From Candidatus Saccharimonadales bacterium (lineage in GTDB: Bacteria > Patescibacteriota > Saccharimonadia > Saccharimonadales > UBA7683), in NCBI GenBank assembly GCA_041738725.1, contig JBGSPG010000022.1:1-41599 (forward strand): a stretch of 41,599 bases of DNA, in the 5' to 3' direction. The notes beneath the pieces are model-generated. The model saw only the letters and a list, made by a program, of their open reading frames with translations, ran no database searches and had not been told where the DNA came from. Shown here piece after piece: positions 25,013-35,267 of this stretch. The stretch's first letter is position 1. Each line of letters begins with the position of its first letter. A program made the position numbers and the translations under genes.

Positions 25013-25591
25013 TCAACGTTTCTGATGTAGGCTCGCGTCAGAGCTAAGGGATCCAGAGGTTTTTCGAAACGGGTTAAGCATTTGACCAAGCCCGGTTGGT
25101 TGCTGAACTGTTGCCGAACGAACGATAATTTCTTTATCGGTAATTTCCATAATCTGCGAACGGTTAATAATTAAACTCGAGCTAGTAATGTTCTTCATTA
25201 TTGATTGAGCAACATGTATTTTTTGAATAGTGAAACCATCGGTCTCCAGTGTGTATTCCGAGACTTTCCCGAGTTTTTTACGAGTATCATCTACTACGAC
25301 CTTATCAACGAGTGTAAAACGCATATTTATTACTTCTTGCAGGCGAATCAGGCTACCATCTAAGGGCATAATTTCATCCGCATCGTTGATTATTATCCCG
25401 AGTGGTCCAATTTCTCGAATATCAGTTGTATGTAGCACACTCTCTTCATGAATGCGCGGCCCACCAACATGAAACGCAATAACCTGCAGCTTACGTGGGT
25501 CAATAATTGGATCAAGAAGTGTACCAAGCTGGCTACCACTCTGCAGACTCATAATCGGAGAATTATATAAAGAACTATGTAACACAAGCAT
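25013..25591 (-). CDS. Hypothetical protein, possibly a tandem PRC-barrel protein
   Basis: Two similar halves (SPIMSLQSGSQLGTLLDPIIDP...; VVVDDTRKKLGKVSEYTLETD...) resembling PRC-barrel repeats; TGaTATACT lies 6 nt upstream of the ATG on the minus strand. Confidence 0.4.
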   Translation of the reverse strand: MLVLHSSLYNSPIMSLQSGSQLGTLLDPIIDPRKLQVIAFHVGGPRIHEESVLHTTDIREIGPLGIIINDADEIMPLDGSLIRLQEVINMRFTLVDKVVVDDTRKKLGKVSEYTLETDGFTIQKIHVAQSIMKNITSSSLIINRSQIMEITDKEIIVRSATVQQPTGLGQMLNPFRKTSGSLSSDASLHQKR

Positions 25592-25664
25592 GTATGTAGT
25601 ATATCACTCACGCCTATAATGAATATACAACCTAAATGCTTATGTTTTGGTATACTAATACGTA

Positions 25665-27446
25665 ATGAAGATTGTTGATAAAACTACAAAGCAGTTATTG
25701 CTGGACCATAAGAAGCTTTCAGAAGCCGACCTTACAAAGCTTTCTGCAGTAAGTGTTCAGCAGAAAAAGACGCTTCAAGACATTGCTATTAAGCGTGGCG
25801 TGGTTACTGAAGAAGAGCTTGATTTATGGTATTCAGATGTTATTGATATACCCTATGTCCAAATTGAAACAACTAAGATAGATCCAGAGTACCTAAAGCT
25901 CATTCCTGAGCGAATTGCTCGACGATATAAGGCTATTGTATTCGGCGAAAAAGACGGCATCTATAAGCTTGCAATGGAAGATCCAGACGATGTCGAGGCG
26001 GTAGATTTTTTGCAGAAGCAACTAAAAGCAAAACCTACGCTGTACCTCGCGACAAAACAAAATATTAGTTCAGCGCTAGAACTATATCGTGGTGACATGA
26101 GCGGCGAACTTACGAAAGTAATGGCAGACGATGTCGACGGTGAAGGCGAGCAGGTTGAAGTAAGCGAGGAAGATCTTGCTGAAGATTCGCCGATTGCACA
26201 GACAGTGACACTTTTAATCGAGTATGCAATTAAGTCTGGTGCATCTGATATACATATAGAACCACGAGAAGAATATGTTCAAATTCGCTACCGTGTTGAT
26301 GGCGTACTTAAAGAGGCAGACAAGTTACCTAAAAAGGTCCAGGCAGCTCTGACAAGCCGTATTAAAATTTTAGCAAATCTTAAAATTGATGAACGGCGAA
26401 TCCCACAGGACGGAAGATTCAAAATAACACAGGCGGGCAAAATGTTTGCCCTGCGTATTTCAACATTACCGATCGCTGATGGCGAAAAGGTAGTAATTCG
26501 CTTGCTCGATGAATCCAACAAGGCACTCTCTATGGAGGCGCTTGGGTTCTGGGGCACATCACTTAACACTATCAACAACGCTATTATTCAGCCACATGGT
26601 ATGGTGCTGGTTACAGGCCCAACTGGCTCCGGTAAGTCGACTACCCTGTTTAGCGTTCTCTCACTCCTAAATAATCACACGGTTAATATTTCTACTGTCG
26701 AAGATCCGATTGAGTATCGAATTCTCGGGGCAAATCAGACACAGGTTAACGTAAAAGCTGGGATGACATTTGCATCCGGGCTTCGGGCGCTGCTTCGTCA
26801 AGATCCAAATATTATTATGGTGGGTGAGATCCGTGATGGTGAGACCGCAGACATGGGCGTCCAGGCCGCACTTACCGGACACTTGGTGTTCTCAACCCTG
26901 CATACAAATAATGCAGCCACATGTCTACCGCGCCTTCTCGATATGGGTATAGAGCCGTTCTTAATCGCCTCAACAGTACGAGCCGTTATCGGTCAGCGAC
27001 TTGTGCGGCATGCCTGTCCTGAATGCCGCATTTCGTATGTTCCAAATCACGAAGAGCTAGAAGAAATCAGTAAGATGTTTGGTGTCGGATCCGCTGAAGA
27101 CTTAAAGAAGATTAATGATTTAGAAAAAGTTGCACAATCTCATGGCGTTGGTAAAAAAGATACTGATCTTGCAACAGACGGTAAAAAGATTACTCGACTC
27201 TGGCACGCCAGCGAAAAAGGATGCGATGCCTGTAATGGTAATGGATACAAAGGGCGTATCGGTATTTACGAGGTGCTTGAAAACACTGTTGATATTCAAC
27301 ACTTAATTATGGGCAATACAACGAGTGATGTTATTCAAGATGAATGCATTAAGGCGGGTATGGTTACTATGCAGATGGATGGGCTTATAAAAGCACTCCG
27401 TGGTGAAACAACAGTTGAAGAAATTTTGAGGGTAACGAGAGAATAG
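25665..27446 (+). CDS. pilB: Type IV pilus assembly ATPase PilB (GspE family)
   Basis: N-terminal T2SSE_N domain, Walker A GPTGSGKST, Asp box, Walker B IIMVGEIRD, His box, tetracysteine CPEC...CDAC. Confidence 0.9.
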   Translation: MKIVDKTTKQLLLDHKKLSEADLTKLSAVSVQQKKTLQDIAIKRGVVTEEELDLWYSDVIDIPYVQIETTKIDPEYLKLIPERIARRYKAIVFGEKDGIYKLAMEDPDDVEAVDFLQKQLKAKPTLYLATKQNISSALELYRGDMSGELTKVMADDVDGEGEQVEVSEEDLAEDSPIAQTVTLLIEYAIKSGASDIHIEPREEYVQIRYRVDGVLKEADKLPKKVQAALTSRIKILANLKIDERRIPQDGRFKITQAGKMFALRISTLPIADGEKVVIRLLDESNKALSMEALGFWGTSLNTINNAIIQPHGMVLVTGPTGSGKSTTLFSVLSLLNNHTVNISTVEDPIEYRILGANQTQVNVKAGMTFASGLRALLRQDPNIIMVGEIRDGETADMGVQAALTGHLVFSTLHTNNAATCLPRLLDMGIEPFLIASTVRAVIGQRLVRHACPECRISYVPNHEELEEISKMFGVGSAEDLKKINDLEKVAQSHGVGKKDTDLATDGKKITRLWHASEKGCDACNGNGYKGRIGIYEVLENTVDIQHLIMGNTTSDVIQDECIKAGMVTMQMDGLIKALRGETTVEEILRVTRE

Positions 27447-27455
27447 GATTAGCAT

Positions 27456-28679
27456 ATGAGTCAATTTAGCTATGTTGCGACAAAAAAGAATGGCGAAAGC
27501 GAGAAGGGTACTATTGAAGCCGATGATCAGGCTGCTGCGCTAGAGGCTGTCCGCAAATTAGGCCTTCATCCACTCTCGGTACGTCCTGCTCGTAAAGGCG
27601 CGGGGCTTGGCTCGATGTCTATAGGTAGTAAGGTAAAAGTTAAAGACCTGGTTATTTTCACTAGGCAGCTGGCAACACTTGTTAATGCAGGTGTTCCGCT
27701 GGTACGCTCGCTCAGTACATTACAGATGCAGTCTGAGAACCAAGTCTTAAAGAAGCAGCTAGGGGTGATTGTTAAGAAGGTCGAGGCTGGGTCTTCGCTT
27801 GGCGATGCCCTAGAGGTGTATCCAAAAACATTCTCACCAATTTATGTGAATATGGTTAAAGCTGGTGAAGAAGGTGGTATTTTGGACGAGGTATTAAATA
27901 GACTTGCAGTCCAGCAAGAAAAAGATGCAGCCATACGCGGCAAAATTAAAAGTGCCATGACGTACCCGGCAGTCATCTCGTTCATTACATTCGTTGCGTT
28001 CTTCTTCTTGATGACAACAATTGTGCCGAAGATTGGTGATATTATTGTCAGCCTTGGTGGTACAAAGGATTCGCTGCCGATTTACACAAAAGTGCTTCTC
28101 AGTATTAGTGTAATATTAAAGTCACCGAGTTTTTTACTTGCACTTTTGGTTGGCCTTCCAATATTTATAGTGGGCTTTAAAAAGTACACAAGTACACCTA
28201 AAGGTAGGTATGTTTGGCATTCGGTTTTACTTCGGACGCCAATAATTAAGACTCTTAATACAAAAGTAGCTATTGCACGTTTTGCCAGAACCTTTTCTTC
28301 CCTAATGGGAGCTGGGGTTTCAATAGTTCAGGCGATTAATACTACTGCTGGCGCCATTGGCAACGCAGTTATAGAAAAAGAGTTACTCGATAGTGCCAAG
28401 GCAATACAGTCGGGAGAACAACTGTCCACACAGCTTGAAAAAAGTAAGCATTTCCCTCCTCTGGTTAGCCAGATGCTTGCTGTTGGTGAAGAGACTGGCC
28501 AGACAGATCAGATTCTTATAAAAGTTGCTGAATTTTATGAAGAAGAGGTAGACACATTTGTTGGAGCATTGTCATCAATTTTAGAGCCCATCATGATTGT
28601 TGTTCTTGGAAGTATTGTCGGAGTGATTGCGGCTAGTGTGTTCGGGCCTATCAGTAACATCTCTAATAACATTCAGTAG
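27456..28679 (+). CDS. pilC: Type IV pilus platform protein PilC (GspF family)
   Basis: Two T2SSF repeats (LATLVNAGVPL...; FSSLMGAGVSIVQAI...), three TM segments, 407 aa. Confidence 0.9.
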   Translation: MSQFSYVATKKNGESEKGTIEADDQAAALEAVRKLGLHPLSVRPARKGAGLGSMSIGSKVKVKDLVIFTRQLATLVNAGVPLVRSLSTLQMQSENQVLKKQLGVIVKKVEAGSSLGDALEVYPKTFSPIYVNMVKAGEEGGILDEVLNRLAVQQEKDAAIRGKIKSAMTYPAVISFITFVAFFFLMTTIVPKIGDIIVSLGGTKDSLPIYTKVLLSISVILKSPSFLLALLVGLPIFIVGFKKYTSTPKGRYVWHSVLLRTPIIKTLNTKVAIARFARTFSSLMGAGVSIVQAINTTAGAIGNAVIEKELLDSAKAIQSGEQLSTQLEKSKHFPPLVSQMLAVGEETGQTDQILIKVAEFYEEEVDTFVGALSSILEPIMIVVLGSIVGVIAASVFGPISNISNNIQ

Positions 28680-28725
28680 TGGTAAAAGTTTTACACAGGT
28701 TTCACGCTGATCTGTTATTTACCTG

Positions 28726-28754
28726 TTGACAAGTATATAAGCATAAGCAATAAT
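28726..28754 (+). promoter_or_regulatory. Promoter of the major pilin gene
   Basis: TTGACA (28726-28731), 17-nt spacer, AATAAT (28749-28754); about 70-nt leader ending in a strong AAGGAGG RBS. Confidence 0.55.
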
Positions 28755-28767
28755 CATGTACAGGACA

Positions 28768-28785
28768 GAACAGCTTAAGCTGTTC
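28768..28785. promoter_or_regulatory. Perfect 18-nt palindrome in the pilA 5' leader (operator or 5' stabilising hairpin)
   Basis: GAACAGCTT|AAGCTGTTC, starting about 8 nt downstream of the predicted transcription start. Confidence 0.45.
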
Positions 28786-28826
28786 GCCGAAAAAATACCA
28801 ATACACCTAAGGAGGGTGGGCAAAAT

Positions 28827-29237
28827 ATGAAAAGAACTAAATTAGGTTCACAAGGTTTCACAATCGTAGAACTTTTGATCGTTATTGTGATCATTGGTAT
28901 CTTGGCAACAATTGGTTTTGTGTCTTTCTCAAGCGCACAGAACAAAGCAAAAAAGAGCAAAGCTCAGTCAACAGTTTCACAAGTTAAATCTAAACTTGGT
29001 GAATACTTCTCTGAAAACAACTCTTACCCAGAAGATAAAGCTGGTGTAGTTTCATACCTAGCAGGTAACGGTGGTGCTACAACATCAACAGAGTTCAGTG
29101 CAGCAGCTTATGGCTACGCAGCAGAACCAACTGGTTGTACAACTGCAGCTGATGACTGTACTACATTTACACTTACAGCAGCAAAGACTTACTGGAACGG
29201 TGATACCGCTGATACAGATATCTCAGTTACTCCGTAA
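28827..29237 (+). CDS. pilA: Major type IV pilin
   Basis: MKRTKLGSQG/FTIVELLIVIVIIGILA (class III signal, Glu+5), 136 aa, C-terminal Cys pair (CTTAADDC). Confidence 0.85.
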   Translation: MKRTKLGSQGFTIVELLIVIVIIGILATIGFVSFSSAQNKAKKSKAQSTVSQVKSKLGEYFSENNSYPEDKAGVVSYLAGNGGATTSTEFSAAAYGYAAEPTGCTTAADDCTTFTLTAAKTYWNGDTADTDISVTP

Positions 29238-29249
29238 TTACGAGTACAT

Positions 29250-29292
29250 CTAGTTATAAAAAGAGCCACTCAGTGGCTCTTTTTATAACTAG
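29250..29292 (+). terminator. Very strong hairpin terminator/attenuator after pilA
   Basis: A 20-bp perfect inverted repeat, CTAGTTATAAAAAGAGCCAC-TCA-GTGGCTCTTTTTATAACTAG, with a T-run in the descending arm. Confidence 0.8.
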
Positions 29293-29332
29293 TGTATCTG
29301 GCTTGGTAGATGGTATTATAGACACAAGCACT

Positions 29333-30826
29333 ATGAATAAATTTCGAACGATGAAGGAGGATGGGTTTACAATTGCCGAACTGGTGGTTTCAATGGTTAT
29401 TTTAATAACCTTTTCGCTCGGTGTCATGGGTACGTACTTTATTATGGTAGGATCTGCGGCAACAGCACGAATGAAGTCCGCAGGACTTTCACTTGCAACC
29501 GAGCAGTTAGAGTACCTCCGGTCACTTCCATATGATCAATTGGCAACTCAGGGCGGTGCGATTAATACAACTGGAGCAAAACTGCCTCCAACAAAAGAAC
29601 GTACGGTTGGGCCGTATACGTTCGTCGTTACGACAGCCATCAATTACGCAGATGACGCATTTGACGGCTGTCTTATCTATCCAAGTGCACAAAGTTATCT
29701 TTGTAGAAACGGGCCCATAAAAACAGGTACTCCTGTTGACGCTAATCCGAGAGACTACAAAATTATTGACGTATTCGTAAAGGAGAAGAACTCGAATAAA
29801 GAAGCCTCCAGGGTGAGCACCCAGATTGCGGCTCGGGTGGCAGAGACTGGCGGAGGCACTGGGGCAATAGTTGTTTCCGTTGTAGACTCCACGGGTCAGG
29901 TTATTGGTGACGCTCAGGTTACTGTTGTGAATACCACGGTAACCCCAAATATTAACCAAACGATTAATACAGATGTAAATGGTGTGGCACTGTTCTTAGA
30001 CGTAACTCCCGATAGTGGTAAGGACTATATTGTATCGGTATCGAAATCGGGGTACAGCAGTCTATCTACCATACCGGTATCCGGTAGCTTATTGCCGACA
30101 TACCCAAATATAAGCGTTATATCACAGCAGGTTACGAGTTCAACAATGAAGATAGATCGAACTGCTACGGATAGCTTGCTGATACGCATAGTCGATACTT
30201 CGGGCAATCCGATTTCCGGCAGTTCATTCTCTATTCGCGGTGGGGTAAAGTTATATACAAGCGTTGCTGACCAAAGCTATGGTTACACACAGACAGGAGT
30301 CACGACAAACATAAGTGGAGAATACTTGTTTAATAACCTAACACCTGGGCAGTATCAGGTTTGCTACACAAGCAGTCTTTGTTCGCCAGGAAGATACCTC
30401 GTCTCGGCTCAGGCAATGTATGGGTCTCAATCTTGGCAACCGTTTACAGTAGACGCCGGAGTTATTAACCAAAACGGTACACTACCGATGCAGACAGTCG
30501 TCCTCACCACTACAAGCTCATCTTCGTTCCCGCGGGTATCAAGCACGAGCCCAAGTAGTATATCTTCGGCAAGTGGTACACTCGGCGAGGTTGAGGTAAT
30601 TATTAATGGCTCAAACCTCATAGGCGCAGTAGTTTTTATGCGACAGTCTGCCGTTCAAGTCCCAGGTACACTTATTGGTACTGATTCGGCGAGTTCAATT
30701 AGAAGATCCTTCGACTTAACCGGTAAAACCGGCGCGTGGGAGCTCGTTGTTACTACAGGTAGCGGTACGGTAATGCAGGATGGACTACTACCTGGTACAC
30801 TCGGAGGTTTTAATGTCACGCCGTAG
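29333..30826 (+). CDS. Large pilin-like protein with carboxypeptidase-regulatory-like (Ig-like beta-sandwich) repeats
   Basis: MNKFRTMKEDG/FTIAELVVSMVIL prepilin N-terminus; repeats such as VVSVVDSTGQVIGDAQVTVVN...TDVNGVA and IRIVDTSGNPISGSSFSIRGG; start moved from 29273 because that codon lies inside the pilA terminator. Confidence 0.65.
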   Translation: MNKFRTMKEDGFTIAELVVSMVILITFSLGVMGTYFIMVGSAATARMKSAGLSLATEQLEYLRSLPYDQLATQGGAINTTGAKLPPTKERTVGPYTFVVTTAINYADDAFDGCLIYPSAQSYLCRNGPIKTGTPVDANPRDYKIIDVFVKEKNSNKEASRVSTQIAARVAETGGGTGAIVVSVVDSTGQVIGDAQVTVVNTTVTPNINQTINTDVNGVALFLDVTPDSGKDYIVSVSKSGYSSLSTIPVSGSLLPTYPNISVISQQVTSSTMKIDRTATDSLLIRIVDTSGNPISGSSFSIRGGVKLYTSVADQSYGYTQTGVTTNISGEYLFNNLTPGQYQVCYTSSLCSPGRYLVSAQAMYGSQSWQPFTVDAGVINQNGTLPMQTVVLTTTSSSSFPRVSSTSPSSISSASGTLGEVEVIINGSNLIGAVVFMRQSAVQVPGTLIGTDSASSIRRSFDLTGKTGAWELVVTTGSGTVMQDGLLPGTLGGFNVTP

Positions 30827-31406
30827 CCGGAATCAAGTAGGCTTCACCATTTCTGAAATGGTCATCGTAATTAGTTTACTTTCAATTGTAGCGATCTTAT
30901 TTGCTAATTTTTTCAGCGATAATTACAAGTCGTATATTCAGCTGCAGCAAAATACCGTTCGTGTTAATACACTTAGTAGTGCAAGTCAACGCATCGCCCG
31001 GGTACTACGGGGCCTGACTACAATTTCCACTGCCGAACCCACCGATATTACAGGATACGCGTACTTTACCCCACGGGATACTACTCTTTCGCGGGTCCGG
31101 TACTATTTTGACGGATCAAGTAATAGTATTAAGGTTAGTGTTATTCCTGCAAGCGGTACCGCACCGAATTATGTCTATAACAGTGCAAGTGAGCGCGTTA
31201 CAACTATTGCTGAAAACATAGACGGTACGGTTGCTATATTTACATACCTCGACACGGCTAACCAGCCTGCCACATTCACAACTGATACGTATAAAGACAT
31301 TAAAGGCATTGGGCTGCATCTTAAGGGCAGTACCGTTGCAGGGTATTCAAGTCCGTTTGAAATAAAAACATCAATCTCACTACGAAACAGAAAGACTAAT
31401 TTATGA
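30813..31406 (+). CDS. Minor pilin / pseudopilin
   Basis: MSRRSRNQVG/FTISEMVIVISLL; GGAGG 6 nt upstream of ATG 30813; overlaps the upstream stop. Confidence 0.65.
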   Translation: MSRRSRNQVGFTISEMVIVISLLSIVAILFANFFSDNYKSYIQLQQNTVRVNTLSSASQRIARVLRGLTTISTAEPTDITGYAYFTPRDTTLSRVRYYFDGSSNSIKVSVIPASGTAPNYVYNSASERVTTIAENIDGTVAIFTYLDTANQPATFTTDTYKDIKGIGLHLKGSTVAGYSSPFEIKTSISLRNRKTNL

Positions 31407-32917
31407 AGCTGCGCCTAAATCAAAATGAAGGATTTATTATACCCGCACTACTGGTGGTTATAGTTACTTTTAGCGTGTTACTGATTGGCCTGGGCGATGT
31501 TATTAATAATACACTTGGTGATGCTGCTCGAACTCAATCAAAACAAATGTCACTCAACATTGCCGAGGCGGGTATTAATTACTATCTATGGCATATTAGC
31601 CATAGCCCCACCGATTACAAAGACGGAAACACAACTCCAGCAACTCCAGACCCAAACCTTGGGTATGGGCCCTATGTACGCACCTATAGAGACGCGAACG
31701 GTGTAGAAAGAGGGACCTTCACATTATACATACAACCCGATACTACGGGATCTAATTTGGTGACCGTCAGGTCAATTGGCAAGTCGAGTAACCTGTTAAA
31801 TACTACGCGTACGGTGGAAGCTAAAATCGGCGCACCATCTTTTAGTACTTATGCAGTTGTCGGTAACTCAGAGCTTTGGTTCGGCTCTACTGAGACCGCC
31901 GACGGCCCCGTGCATTCGAATGCGGGCGTAAAGATGGACGGTCCCAATAATAGTGATGTAACAAGCGCGAATACAACATATATTCCATCTTCTACAAGCG
32001 GCCCAGGTTCCGGTACTAGTCAGTCGGGTGTCTGGTGTAATACTTCAGTTTCAACACCAAACTGTAACACGCGGTCAAAGGCGAGTTGGCGGTACCCCGT
32101 TGCAAGCGTCGATTTCAATAAGGTGACTGCGGATCTGTGCCAGCTCAAAAAGAACGCAACTAACAACCAGGCTTCAAATGCTTGTAGTGCGAGGCCAGCC
32201 CGAACTGGATCGTATATTCCAGCACGTACAAATAACTTTTCTATAAATAGTGGCTACCTAATAATTCTAAATACGAACGGCACTTACAGTTTGCGCTCCG
32301 TTACAAATGAACGAGATGATCGAGCAAATTACAGCGCTGCACTCAGTAGCACGGTAATTGCAAATAATATCGCAATTCCGGCCAATGGAGTTATCTTTGT
32401 TGAAGATAATGTATGGGTACTTTCTGAGTCGGGTGGGTTTAATGGCAGGGTTACCATTGCCTCGGCTCGATTAGCCACGAGTGGCTCGACAACTATTACT
32501 GTCGCCGATAAGCTGGCCTATCAAGATCAGTATAACGGTAACGATGTGATTGGGTTGATAGCAGAAAACGACGTCGATATTGCACCCTATGTGCCCATAC
32601 CCCTAACAGTACATGCAGCCATGATTGCACAATCTGGTAGGGTACAGTTTCGACCGCAGTACAACTACAACGGTAACAATACACCAGGCTATATAAACAC
32701 AAACCAGACGCTCAAGTTTTTTGGCTCAATAGCGTCGAACGAACAATGGACCTGGTCGTGGATCCGTTGCGGCAGCAACAGTACTGCTTGCTGGAGCGGT
32801 TTTAAGAATAACGAAACTAAGTATGATGAAAACTTACGTTACAGACCACCACCAAGCTTTCCGGTTACGAGTACATACGACATTTTAGAATGGCGAGAGA
32901 TTATTATAGCTCCGTAG
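31403..32917 (+). CDS. Large pilus-associated protein with a PilX-like N-terminal helix
   Basis: MKLRLNQNEG/FIIPALLVVIVTF, then a 480-aa Ser/Thr/Asn-rich secreted domain; ATGA overlap with the upstream gene. Confidence 0.5.
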   Translation: MKLRLNQNEGFIIPALLVVIVTFSVLLIGLGDVINNTLGDAARTQSKQMSLNIAEAGINYYLWHISHSPTDYKDGNTTPATPDPNLGYGPYVRTYRDANGVERGTFTLYIQPDTTGSNLVTVRSIGKSSNLLNTTRTVEAKIGAPSFSTYAVVGNSELWFGSTETADGPVHSNAGVKMDGPNNSDVTSANTTYIPSSTSGPGSGTSQSGVWCNTSVSTPNCNTRSKASWRYPVASVDFNKVTADLCQLKKNATNNQASNACSARPARTGSYIPARTNNFSINSGYLIILNTNGTYSLRSVTNERDDRANYSAALSSTVIANNIAIPANGVIFVEDNVWVLSESGGFNGRVTIASARLATSGSTTITVADKLAYQDQYNGNDVIGLIAENDVDIAPYVPIPLTVHAAMIAQSGRVQFRPQYNYNGNNTPGYINTNQTLKFFGSIASNEQWTWSWIRCGSNSTACWSGFKNNETKYDENLRYRPPPSFPVTSTYDILEWREIIIAP

Positions 32918-32962
32918 TAATTAGTTGCGATCAGAGCTGAAAACAGTTATGCTTAGTACAAG

Positions 32963-34039
32963 ATGAAGACGCCATTGTTCTATCATAAGAAGCCTGTATT
33001 TGGTCTCGACATTGGGTCGCAGGCTGTAAAGGTGATGCAGCTTGAATCGAGTGGTAAACATGCTCACGTTAGGGCATATGGTAGCATTAGCACTGACGAA
33101 AAAATGATGAAAGACGGCGTTATTAGCAATATACCTGGTGCCGCTAAGCTGATTGATGAACTGCTCGCTGATCATATGAACGGTACATTAACTACAAATC
33201 GTGTTGTTATGAGTGTACCGGTTTCACACGTGTTCACCAGAGTACTCACTCTGCCGTTAATGTCAAAAAAGGAACTGGCCGATGCGGTTCAACTTGAAGT
33301 TGAACAATCCGTTCCTGTTGCACCTAAGAATTTGTATTACGACTTTGAGACTATTGATATCGGTGATCCAAATAATTTACTCATACGGATGGTGGCGGTC
33401 CCGAAGGCAATCGTAGATTCATATTCAGCAGTTTGTGAGCTTCTCAACTTAGATCTTGCGCTCATACAAACTAATATTCGTGCTGATGCACAGCTTTGTA
33501 TGCTGTACGAAGACCTGGAGTCTAATAACCCTTATATTATTCTTGATGTCGGCGGGAACGCCATAGATATCGGTATATTAGATGAAACACTCCGTGTGAC
33601 TGGTACGGTGGATGAAGGCGGTAATAGCTTAACTGACGCGATTGCTAAGGCACTGCATGTATCCCCCGCAAAAGCCCATCACATTAAAGTCACGCAGGGT
33701 CTGGGTGCTGGTGCGCAGCAAAAAAAGATTCTCACAGCAGTATCGCCAATACTGGATAAGGTTATAAAAGAAATTGAAAAAATGGTTCGTTTCCATCAAG
33801 AGCGAATTAAGCCCGGTAGTGAAATATCACAGATTTTGATTGTCGGTGGTGGCGCTAATATGCCAGGCTTTGGTGATTACCTAACAAATGCGACTCATAT
33901 TGCAACAAGACTGTCTTCACCTTGGGGTGGGCACATCACATTTGGCAATTTGGAACCACCCGAATCGGCAGATCTACCACGATTCCTAACCTGTGCAGGC
34001 TCTGCCGTGGCTTCAGATAAAGAGGTGTTCGGGTTATGA
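32963..34039 (+). CDS. pilM: Type IV pilus assembly protein PilM (actin-like ATPase fold)
   Basis: FGLDIGSQAVKVMQL, ILDVGGNAIDI, ILIVGGGANMPG phosphate/adenosine motifs. Confidence 0.85.
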   Translation: MKTPLFYHKKPVFGLDIGSQAVKVMQLESSGKHAHVRAYGSISTDEKMMKDGVISNIPGAAKLIDELLADHMNGTLTTNRVVMSVPVSHVFTRVLTLPLMSKKELADAVQLEVEQSVPVAPKNLYYDFETIDIGDPNNLLIRMVAVPKAIVDSYSAVCELLNLDLALIQTNIRADAQLCMLYEDLESNNPYIILDVGGNAIDIGILDETLRVTGTVDEGGNSLTDAIAKALHVSPAKAHHIKVTQGLGAGAQQKKILTAVSPILDKVIKEIEKMVRFHQERIKPGSEISQILIVGGGANMPGFGDYLTNATHIATRLSSPWGGHITFGNLEPPESADLPRFLTCAGSAVASDKEVFGL

Positions 34040-34668
34040 TCAATTTATTACCGCCCCAGCAACTCGCAAACATTCGTATCGCAAGAAGCAATACACTACT
34101 CCGGAGGTATATAGAACTAGTACTACTTGCGCTACTCGTAATAATTACTGCACTGACGGCAGGGTATTATTTCATGAATGTCCAGCAGTCTAATGTTCAG
34201 CTTGTAGTTGAGGCAGATCAAAAAAAGATTGCAGAACTTGAGCCGGTACAGAAGCAAGCCGAGCAACTCTCCAGTACGGTGAATACGATCGCAGGCTTGT
34301 TTTCCAGAGATGTGCCGTTCTCAGACATGCTAGTCCAAATTGGCGGGTTAATGCCACAGGGTGCAGTACTTACGGGTCTTCAATTTTCTATTGAAGATTT
34401 TAAATCACCGCTTGTCATTAGCGCACAGGTAGACTCAGAGGCAAAGGCAGCTATACTTTTAAAAAATTTACAGAGTTCAGAATTGTTTAAGAGCGCAGAA
34501 ATAAAAACAATCGATCAGGTTGAACAAGATGAATCAACAAGCTCACCAACTACATTAGCTCCAGCTACAGCATCCCAGATAGCAGACAGTCAGTATAAGT
34601 TCACAACAGTTATTAATGCGTACTTCAAGCAGAACCAAACACCCGCAAGTACGAAGGTGGGTCAATAA
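34036..34668 (+). CDS. pilN: PilN-like pilus assembly protein
   Basis: MINLLPPQQ... N-terminus, single TM, coiled coil; ATGA overlap with pilM. Confidence 0.7.
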   Translation: MINLLPPQQLANIRIARSNTLLRRYIELVLLALLVIITALTAGYYFMNVQQSNVQLVVEADQKKIAELEPVQKQAEQLSSTVNTIAGLFSRDVPFSDMLVQIGGLMPQGAVLTGLQFSIEDFKSPLVISAQVDSEAKAAILLKNLQSSELFKSAEIKTIDQVEQDESTSSPTTLAPATASQIADSQYKFTTVINAYFKQNQTPASTKVGQ

Positions 34669-35267
34669 TGACACCGCGACTACTTAATAAATTACTAAAA
34701 GTAGCGTTGGCCCTGCTTATTATTGCTGCAATTGCGATACTCTACTTAGGTGATAAGCAAGTGGTTACGGTTGCAAATGAGACTGCTCGGCTGAAGGCGC
34801 AGGTGCAGGTGAATGAGAAGCAACTTTCAACATATCAGAAGACAAAGGTGAAGGTTGATTCACTTAGTTATGTTAATGATCTCGCCAATAAGGTGCTACC
34901 AGCTGAGAAGGAACAATCAGCAATTGTTGCAGAAATATCACAATTCGCGCTCAGATCTAGTCTGGGTATAGAACAGATTGCATTCGTGGAGGTACCAAAA
35001 ACTGCTGCAGGAACGAGTAAGTCAAAGTCTAAGGTGGCCATTCCAAAAGGCGTAGAAGTTGTACCCATTACCGTTCAGTTTAATTCGGGTTCAAAATATC
35101 AAAACATCCTTGATTTTCTAGAATCAGTAGAGAACAACAGGCGTAAAATGCAGGTTACAAATATTAATTTAAAACCCGATCCGAACGACAGGCAATTACT
35201 TAACCAGGTCACGGTTTCTATGAACCTGTATGCCAAGCAGGCTGCGGTAGAAAAGGTAAAACAATGA
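34668..35267 (+). CDS. PilO-like pilus assembly protein
   Basis: Single N-terminal TM, coiled coil, then an alpha/beta core; position after pilMN; overlapping start/stop. Confidence 0.5.
   Translation: MTPRLLNKLLKVALALLIIAAIAILYLGDKQVVTVANETARLKAQVQVNEKQLSTYQKTKVKVDSLSYVNDLANKVLPAEKEQSAIVAEISQFALRSSLGIEQIAFVEVPKTAAGTSKSKSKVAIPKGVEVVPITVQFNSGSKYQNILDFLESVENNRRKMQVTNINLKPDPNDRQLLNQVTVSMNLYAKQAAVEKVKQ

Noticed and set aside
24770-25050. 60-aa ORF after recX, plus a second frame (from about 24885) encoding ...EELVASEGQPGSLDTTELSDAIKQYKTARKELLKAAEIF...
   Set aside because: This could be a frameshifted small gene, but neither frame has a recognisable motif, promoter or RBS. The second frame also overlaps the convergent gene's 3' end. 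Evidence is insufficient to call it.
29273-29332. Upstream start for the large pilin-like protein (MALFITSVSG...)
   Set aside because: These codons are the descending arm of the pilA terminator hairpin. The prepilin-type leader begins at ATG 29333 or 29351.
29522-29959. 145-aa minus-strand ORF inside the large pilin-like gene
   Set aside because: It is antisense to a CDS that has a clear prepilin N-terminus and domain repeats, and it has no signals of its own.
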